DNA of 59,963 nucleotides, counting the filler, from Sluysia triapertura (lineage: Eukaryota): NCBI GenBank assembly GCA_046118255.1. It is 4 parts of 4 records of this genome, joined end to end, with 100 filler letters (N's around TTAATTAATTAA, not from the genome) between each part and the next. Parts side by side here need not be neighbours in the genome. Positions count along the whole stretch, not along the records: positions 44,688 to 59,963 come from JBJNIA010232565.1; 3 more parts are not named here. One strand, written 5' to 3'. This document shows, piece after piece, positions 51,200 through 59,963 of the stretch. The translations under genes were made by a program, and so were the position numbers. The notes under the pieces are model-generated. The model saw only the letters and a list, made by a program, of their open reading frames with translations. It was not told the origin of the DNA and did not search any database. How positions within the stretch are numbered: position 1 is the stretch's first letter; each line of letters starts with the position of its first letter.

Positions 51200-53105
51200 A
51201 TATAATGCTCAAATTGATTTTATAAAAATCATAATGCTTTTGCAGTAATTTAAATTGAGATAACATAGAGGTAATATAGATTCAAAATTTAATAATAAAT
51301 AATAATTTTAAATCAAAATTGTATAAATAGTCATTTTAAAGAGAGATTGTATAAAGACAACACTAAATCAATATTTATAAACATCACAGCTGATCGAATA
51401 AATAAAATCATTCTAAATTGAGATTAAATAGAAATAATATGAAATCAAAATTGAACAGCGCAATATTCGATCAAAATTAACTTAAAAATAAGATGTAGAG
51501 TATTCTGTTAAATATAATAAAATCGTGTTAAATTAACATTTAATAGATATAATATGTAATCTAAATTTAACATTATACTTCATCAAAGTTATTTTAAATT
51601 AAAGATTAGGCAGTATAGATAGATATAAATTTTAAATTATATTAAAATTTAAAAGCATTATGATCGACTAAAATCATCTTAAATTATGATTAAATAAAAA
51701 TGATATAAAAATAAAATTTAGAAAATGTAAAAATATTTTCAGAATTATATTCCAACTAGAAATAATTAATTTTGTAACGCTTATTACTGCGTTGTAACAT
51801 ATTAAATAATTTCCTAATTATTATATTACAATTATAATTACAACTTTATTACATTTATAGAAATAATTAATGCTTAAAACTATGTTATAACATTATATTA
51901 AATAATTTATGTTTGGAATTATTAAATAATTCGGTTTATATGTCGTTATTATCGAATACATTACAAAAACACCATAATAAAACATTTATTTATTAAAACC
52001 GTATTTATTTGGGACATTTATTGGAAATTATTACTAAGAATCAATTATTCAACGACATTGAATTTCACTGATACAGTATTATTGAAGAAAGCATATTTTT
52101 AATTTTATTCTGTAATCAGTTTCTTCACGTACTTATTTTACAATTTTATTCTACAATCAGATATACACAATCCTATTTTACATTGTATGGCCAATTTCTT
52201 CTGCGTAACGGTTGTTTTCAATATAGTTAATTATATTCTATATTTTTGATATATTTACATTCGCCTTGTTTTTTAGTACTTGTTCGATCTGTATCTCTTC
52301 TGCTAATTATGTGAGGTATGTCCCATTCTATTGTTTTAATTTTTAACTTAACTTAGGGAAGTAATTTTTTAAGAGTTCGCTTTTAGTGACTTTTATGATT
52401 TTATCTAATTAATAATTATATATCTCAGAGGATCAAATTGTTAAATGCTCGCTTAATATTAATACTAATTTTATAACTTTCCGATTATGACTATCTCATA
52501 TGTGCTTTTGTTAATTTTATAAGAAAGTATAATCTGACGAGAAATTTATTATTTTCTTCTATTTCTTTGATTAAACAGCATACTTATTTTTCGAGGGACA
52601 ATTCGTTTATTTCAAAATTAACATGAACAATATAAATTATAAGGTAATAATAATTGTAGAATTAATTTCCTTGATTAATACTTAAATACAAAGATTTTAA
52701 TTATAATTTTTGCAGTAATATATTTATTTACTGTTAAATAAAAATTGTTACTTTAAGTGGAAGTTTATGCTTAACTAAGAAAACTGACCTTAAAAATTTC
52801 AAACTAACTATAATGTAATTTCCAATTTATAATATTATCCACAATTTTTCTTTAACTAAAAACTGAGTAAATTCGTAGTACGCATTTGAATAATTTAATT
52901 TTCCGATTTTAATAATTTTAAAATTGTTTTACTTAAAAATTAATTTTTTCTTATTCTGTGATATGCAAATAATTTTTTCTTATTTTTATTTTCTTCTGTC
53001 ATCCTGAATTGAATAGAGCTTTTTTATTTATTAATCAACATCAGTATAAATGATATCGCGATAATGTAGGCTGTTATAAAGACTTTAAATTATTATCATT
53101 ATTCC

Positions 53106-53155
<50 letters not shown>

Positions 53156-54730
53156 GTGAAAATTAAATTGTTATGTAAATATGGGTTATAAAAATTTGAA
53201 TATGTTTGAGTGGGCTCTCAATCTATGGTAAGAATCTCCTCTAAATTTCTTTTCTTATAGTTAATAATATTAATGGATACTTTAAAACAACAAAGTTTTA
53301 TTGAATTCAGATTCGAATAACTAAATTATTAATAATATTTGTACTCTACATTAATATATTAACCTTACTTTATATGAAGATACGATTTATTATAAATGTA
53401 AGCTTCTACTAACGCATTCTACAAATGATATCTATATTCTATATGTTAAATTTATCTGGAAGTGTGAATTCTAATACTCGTCCAGAATTCGATTAATTAT
53501 TCAATTAAACTATCGTTATTGTCGGACTATATCTCGGTCAATTTCTTTTAATTAAGCTTTATGATAATTTACTGTACTATATTAAAACTTTATTTTAAGT
53601 CATGATGATTCCAAAAAAACTTGTTTTATATATTTTATTTGTAGTACTTAGATTTTATCCTGTAGCCCTACTATCAATCCCTTACGAAGAAAAACGAAAT
53701 AAGACTACTATTATTTTATTTTAAAAAAATCAAATGAAATGCTCAATATAATATGATTCAATCGTATCACAATGTAATTTAAACAAATTATAATTAAAAT
53801 TGTATTTTTATTTATAACAAATTGTTTTAATCAAGATTTTATATTGTTCAGATGCAAAAAACAATTCTTACTTTTGTCGTCAAATTAGTTAATGTCGATT
53901 TGGTGTTTGATTCAACTGCTCGTAGTAGTTTAGTATCACCGCAGAAATAATCTCCGATACGATTTCGACTAAAATGTCCAATAACTGTTGTAGATAATTA
54001 TTAATATACTATTTTGTGATATAATTCTAAATTACAAATTCTTTGATTGATATTGTTCGTAATTTAATTATATTATAAATTATTTGATTGCAATATTCGT
54101 AATTTATATGTACAAGTCTATATTATATACACAATGTTTATATAAATTATTAAATGATAATATTATTTATAATCCAATATTAATTACATACAAATTATTT
54201 AATTATAAAGTATACGAGATTGTTTTGTAATAATACTATTTATGATAAAGCATACAATTATTTTTATTTAATCAAAATTTAAGATAATAATGCTTTTAAA
54301 TTTTGATCGAATATAATGTTATTAATTTTTGATTACATACTGATTCCATTTAATTTCAGTTTAATAAGATTTATCAATATTCTATATCATGTTTTTAAGA
54401 TAATTTTGAGCGGAACTTTATGCTCTTAAAGTTTGATTTCATATTATTATTAATTCGTACTTTAAAATTGATTTATTGACTACAGTAGTAAGATTTGATG
54501 TTTATAAATTTTAATTTCATATTGCGTTTGTAGAATCTAATTTTAAACGGATTGTTATTTGTTATTAAATTTGGAATCTTAAATCAAATATGATCTCAGT
54601 AATGATTAAAATGAAAATGAGCATTATTTTAACATTTTTTAGAAAAGATTTTAAGATTAATTTATCAGTATTTGGAGATGGGCATTATTTTACAAAATTA
54701 TTATTCGTTAAATGAGCATTATTTTATAAA
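51200..54730. repeat. Pair of ~0.5 kb diverged inverted repeats (51200-51705 / 54258-54730)
   Basis: Collinear reverse-complement matches, e.g. ATTTATAAACATCA, AATAATATGAAATCAAA, AAAATTTAAAAGCATTA and TGATTAAATAAAAA. Confidence 0.75.
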
Positions 54731-55969
54731 ATGAATTTTATTTAACTATTTTACACATTTACATTATTATTATGCGATTATCATTAAATCATGATTATTA
54801 TGTTATTATTCTTATTATTATATTATTATGTATTATTATAAGTACAATTATTTATTTAATAATACCAAATTATTTAATTGTACAAAATATTGCCAGGTGG
54901 TACTCATGTTAATATTTATTTTTGACTTCTATTTTACTAGCATCTAATGTTTTTTCGTTACCACGGTGTACCGTAAATATTGAAGTAGGTATGCTTTTTA
55001 CTATATTTTCTAAATCTAGACATCTTTTCTTATACTGTCTATTATTTTCGAAGGTTTTTGTTTCTTACGAGATATTCTAAAACCTTTTCAATATATGTTC
55101 TTATTTATCTTCTAAACTTGTAAATCTGACAGTGTTTAAAGGATGCAAATTTCATTTTCCAGTTTTTGTTTTATATTATCAAATAATTTTATGCAATTAA
55201 TTCATATTAAAAGTTAACTAGAACCAAAGGAACAATTGTTTAAGGATTATTACTGTTTCAATTAATCAAGCGTTTTTACTTTTAGTAGAATTTCAAGGCT
55301 TATTTCATTTCCTGCTTTTAAGGAAGTCAGACAAAATGAAACTGGTCAACAGTTTCAAGAAACATCAAACGGGACTATGTATAATTGAATATATGAGTTG
55401 GCAAAAAATATGGAAATCAGATTTAAAAAATTTGTCTTTGATAAGTCGCTTTGGAATGTGACCTGTACAGATAGAAATTGAATTAATGTTGTTTTAATAT
55501 ACAAACTTTTATTCTTGTTTGGCGTTTTTGTTTGAGTCTAAGCACTGCTGAACTTCATCATGTAGACAATGTTTCTTCACTAAGCTTTGCAAAATCTACG
55601 TGTAAACTTGTGTTTCATTAATAAATTCATTAATTTAGAAATTCGAAATACCCATTTCTTTTTAGTAGTAAAAAGGAAAACCAGCCATTTGTCATCTTAA
55701 AAATGACTGATTTTCTTAATAATTAATAAAATCGATGAATTATTAATTCATTGGTTTTGGTAAGTAAAATTTGATCGTTTTGTCCGAAACAAAAATGTTT
55801 AAAAAATAAAACATTTTTGTTAATCATAAAATTTTTTCTCGCCTTTTATTTGTTAATTAGTAAAATTCCTATTTAATGAGATGTAAAATAAAAGAAATGT
55901 TTACTTTCTATTGCACTATTTATATTTTTTCCTACGTAACTTATTTGTTAATTGCATATTTTATTTTAG

Positions 55970-56469
55970 ACAAAAGGTTTTTAGAATATTTTTTTCGAGG
56001 TATGAGATTAAATGAAAATGAAGAAATTGCTAAATTTTTCCCATACACTGCTCATTATGGGAAAGAAAGGAATTATATAAAATGTGCTGATAGACCAATT
56101 GTATTTTCAAAACTTATGCTGTCATCAGATACAAAGTTCAAATCATGGATTTTAAGTTACGGTGTTTATACTGATGATAGTTTATATGTTTCTTTCGAAC
56201 CAAATCATCTATTTATTCATCCCGAAAATCACCGCCTTTATCATCCATGTAGTGTTCATCATAGTGGAATCGGTTTGATCCGATCAAATTTAGCATCTGA
56301 ATTGTATGAGAGATTTTCTTCTTCGTCTTCAAAAACAAGTATTAACGATAGTTCGGAAGTAAAACCAACTCATTTTAATTGGGAAAATCATGAATATCCT
56401 TTAACGTATAAATTGATGCAAGTTTTTCAAAACGAATCTTCGTGGATTAAAGGTTCTGATTTTAATTGA
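55970..56469 (+). CDS. C8orf82: UPF0598 / C8orf82 homolog, terminal exon
   Basis: ttttag|DKRFLEYFF...FPY...GKERNYIKCADRPIVF...FEP...NHRLYHP...GIGLIRSNLASEL...PTHFNW. Confidence 0.88.
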
Positions 56470-56859
56470 TGTTATAAAATATTAAAAAATTGTTTAGTTA
56501 TATTTTATGTATTTTGTTTTTAGTATATTTAGATTGCCTTGCGTAAAAATGAAGTTCTATATTTAAATATATAACTCTGACTTTAAGAATAAAAGAAGTT
56601 TACCTGGTTTTCTTTTGTCAAACGAATATTGAAATGCTTGTTGCAGAACTTTATTACACTGTTACAACAGTAAAAAAAGTCTTTTAAGCGAATTACTTGA
56701 TACCATCGAAGATATTGTATTGCAAAACATTAATTCCAAATAAAGTAATGAAAGCTGCATTATCTACATTAAGTATAAATATCTTACTCTATTTGAAAAA
56801 AGCATTTTAATATGTAGGTCTGGGAGAAAAAACTAATTGCAATTTATATTTGTTACATT

Positions 56860-57045
56860 CTGTTGATAATTATCATCGTGATTCTAACGGGCAAAAGCCT
56901 CACGTACAATGTTACAAAGTTTGTTCAGTAGTTGTACATCGAATTACGAATTAAATATTTTGCATTGCTGGTAAACCGATGCACATTGATGAGACTCGTT
57001 TTGCTTGAAAGTGTAAATACAACTGCGGTAGTTGCAAACAGCGAG
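56860..57045 (+). mobile_element. Merlin (IS1016/ISXO2-like) transposase remnant
   Basis: IAGKPMHIDETRFA*KCKYNCGS matches the IGG...V.IDES.F..KRKYNRG motif. Confidence 0.7.
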
Positions 57046-58580
57046 AATTTATGTTTATATTATATTTAAAATGAATTAATAATTTTAATAAATCGTAATG
57101 TTTATTTTTTGAAATAAATGAATTAATTTAGTTTGTTTGATTGATAATAAATGTAATCAAAATTTAGTATATAAGGAGTGAAATTTCATTTTGGTGTATA
57201 AATTGACGGAGCACAAAAAATAATGAAACGAATATTTATTTCATTTTAAACTTTACCCTGCCAGTTGGATCTAAGGGACCAGAGTGTAAATTTCACTGAA
57301 AATTATTCGAGTAATATGTTGCATAAAATTTGTTTAGACTTCATGACTTTTTGTATAGTAGACCACTGTGTTTGTTTATGTGGTTGGTTTAAATTTGGTT
57401 TTGTGTAGGCTTGCATGATATGCAATGCATACGTAATTTTTTGGTAGGTTAAACAAGATATAAACTGATTTGACAATTATATCGGCAATATATTCTAAAA
57501 ATAAATGATTAAGTAACAAATCATTTGGAATGACAGTGAGCGTTAGTTATAACACAACAGTTATTTTATAACCTTTAAGGATGGCTTACGTAAAATCTTT
57601 ACAAATTTTCTACTTTGACTTAATAAGGAGTAATATCTTTTAAAGTATGACTACGAAAAAAGCACTTGAGTTTCGATATTTATTTTACTATGAGTATTGG
57701 TTTTTCTACTTTATAATAAAAATATTAATTAATACTTTATTTAAAATTATTAACAATAACTCAATAATTAAATTAGTCTGAAATCAGGATATATTTTTAA
57801 TAATCATGTTGGGACTTATGTTAAAATGTCACAAAAATATTCTTAATAATTGAAATTCTCAAAAATTCTTATTGCGATAATAAATCCTTTTCTAGTAATA
57901 TAGATCAAATGATGAAAATCAAAATAACTAACAAATTAATATATTTTAAACAATCTACCAAAATAATAATTATTTGCAATGAAAAATTTTAACAATTACC
58001 AACTACAAATTAATTCTATAATAATTATAAATATAAATTATGCGTAACTTAATCTTAATCTAATTACAACATAAAAATAAACTCTCTAAATATGTCATTT
58101 AAAATCGCATGATACAAAGTTGCTTCAAACAGGGATTCCAAAAAATATCACATACCTAGATTAAATCAAAATGAATCCCCAAAAAATAACAAAATTGTTT
58201 ACAAAAATATGAGAGAGCGAATCCCAAAAATAAAATATAAATTTTTCTAGTTTTTTCTAATTATTAGTGATAAATTGAATTATATTGCGTCATATCTGGT
58301 TTCTTTGGATAGATTATTGTGGTCGTAATATTGTCATAAATATAATTGTCAATTTTGAAATTTAGTCATTTTCATTTAGTTTATTTGTATTATTGTTAAA
58401 TCAGACACTTATAATAACGAGTTGTATTTGATTTTGTAATTACTATATTAGTGAGTTATTATTATTAATTTGAATTGAGAACGTGATTTTTGGGTTGAAT
58501 AAATATCATTTGTGATAAGTTATACTTGATTTAGTGAATATTGAAATTATTTGAGGTTCTATTTAAGTGTTAGAAATCAT

Positions 58581-58633
58581 AAAATGAACTGACCGGGGAT
58601 CGAACCCAGGACCTTTCGCTGCGCATTTCGATG
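58581..58633 (-). mobile_element. tRNA-derived SINE-like repeat, partial copy 3
   Basis: GGTCCTGGGTTCGATCCCCGGTCAGTTCATTT: B box plus the shared TCAGT..ATTT tail. Confidence 0.55.
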
Positions 58634-58869
58634 AATTTGAATTTAAGACGTTCATTTCAACACAGAAACGAGTTGTACATATATAATAAAGATAATCAAA
58701 ATATATGTATAAATATAAATAAAGATAAATTGTGGGGATCACAAGAAGGATCGTTACTGTTTGTTAGTGACAAAACAATGTTAATAAAAATGACAAATGC
58801 TGCTGCTGGTAGTGTTGAGTTATCAGTCCCGTCTAATAATTTTAGATTATTATAGTCAACCATACCACA

Positions 58870-59215
58870 TGTCACCTTGGTTTATTGTTACTATTAATTT
58901 CAAAGACGCAACAATTTTACTAATGCCACGTATACCTAAATGTATTACGTCGGTCATAATTTCTACACAAATCTACATTAGAAAAATATGCATTCTCTGA
59001 CTGACTTACACAATAAACGATCTTTTCTCTCGTCGCCTGTTTGCAGGAACCTATGATCATCATTCGGCGTTACTGTCAATCATGAATTTTTTTGCAGTTT
59101 GCCTTGTAACAAGCAAACTTTATCAACCTAGAACATTTGTCGGCAATGCAATTCAAGCGCTCAAAATATGCAACTTTAGTTTATACTCAAGTAATTGTTC
59201 ATAAATTTCTTCTCA
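58870..59215 (-). mobile_element. Possible MULE transposase remnant
   Basis: Degenerate FLQTGD..DRLL... segment; heavily decayed. Confidence 0.2.
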
Positions 59216-59847
59216 GATTATAATACAAATTTGCCTTTGCAACTACTTGATTTATTTAATAGAAAATTTTATAGTATAAGGTTTTTCATTTTAATATTTT
59301 AGATAAAACGTTTATATGATTCTTCTTTTATGTTTTTCAAAATCTCAGAAGTTCAAATGTCTCTTTAAACATCATCGAAGTGTAGACCCTATAAATAAAA
59401 TCATAATTAATAATTTAATGCATATTATGATATCAATTTATTTTAATATTGCTAGATAATCAATATTTACCTAATCACGGCTAAGTTTAGTTAACGTTTA
59501 AAATTTTGAAAAAAAATTATTAGAAATTATTGATTTTATTTTTATGTATCTATTCTAATATAGTTCTTTTAAACAAAGTTTATTGTTGTAATTGCTAATT
59601 ACATGAATTACTTTGTTGGATTAATAAAAGTCACTTATACGTAGAAATCTAAATTTTAGTCATTGTTTAACAAATTAGAATCATCATGGTTATTCATTTA
59701 ATGTAAATTTTTCAGTTATTTAAAAACGGTATTTAATTTATATTTTCGTGATTATGAATCTAATCATGTAAATACTATGGTTAGACTATCATTCAGTTAA
59801 AATCAATAAAAGTATATGGCATTTATGATATGATTGATTGTCGTTCT

Positions 59848-59963
59848 TGTGTTCGGTTTTTACTACTACCTGAACAATTATGAAAAAATTTTATGTTTAT
59901 AATTTGGGTTCGCCTACGTCAATCGATTTACCTAAAATGGACGAGTGCGTAGGATTTTAAAGC
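59848..59963 (-). repeat. Second copy of the 27940-28041 hairpin leader (truncated by window end)
   Basis: Shared GAACAATTATGAA, TGGGTTCGCCTACG, GGACG and CGTAGGATTTTAA. Confidence 0.8.

Overview
Very AT-rich (visually ~75-80% AT) eukaryotic nuclear DNA from an invertebrate animal, probably a flatworm or other lophotrochozoan (inferred, not certain). It is four contigs joined by artificial 100-nt spacers (N44-TTAATTAATTAA-N44 at 19118, 32154 and 44588), so neighbours across spacers are not real. Recognisable spliced genes: the 3' part of VPS35 (4 exons), a GRAMD1/Aster-like VASt-domain gene, a C8orf82/UPF0598 homolog (last exon), a dve/Compass-like homeobox exon and one TPR exon. Also present: a degraded intronless Xaa-Pro aminopeptidase (XPNPEP1-like) copy, a rearranged mitochondrial insertion (NUMT: tRNAs, nad5, cytb, cox2) and many decayed transposons (Tigger/pogo, Tc1/mariner, Merlin, MULE, Gypsy-like RT/integrase/LTR, Penelope, RTE, hAT and piggyBac-type MITEs, a tRNA-derived SINE). 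The most striking object is an intronless, relatively GC-rich orphan cassette at 26.1-28.1 kb. It is a 405-codon minus-strand reading frame with a single in-frame TGA in the canonical readthrough context UGA-CUAG followed by hairpins, a hairpin/TATA leader that recurs on another contig, and a structured 3' region. All family calls come from motifs recognised by eye; no searches were run.
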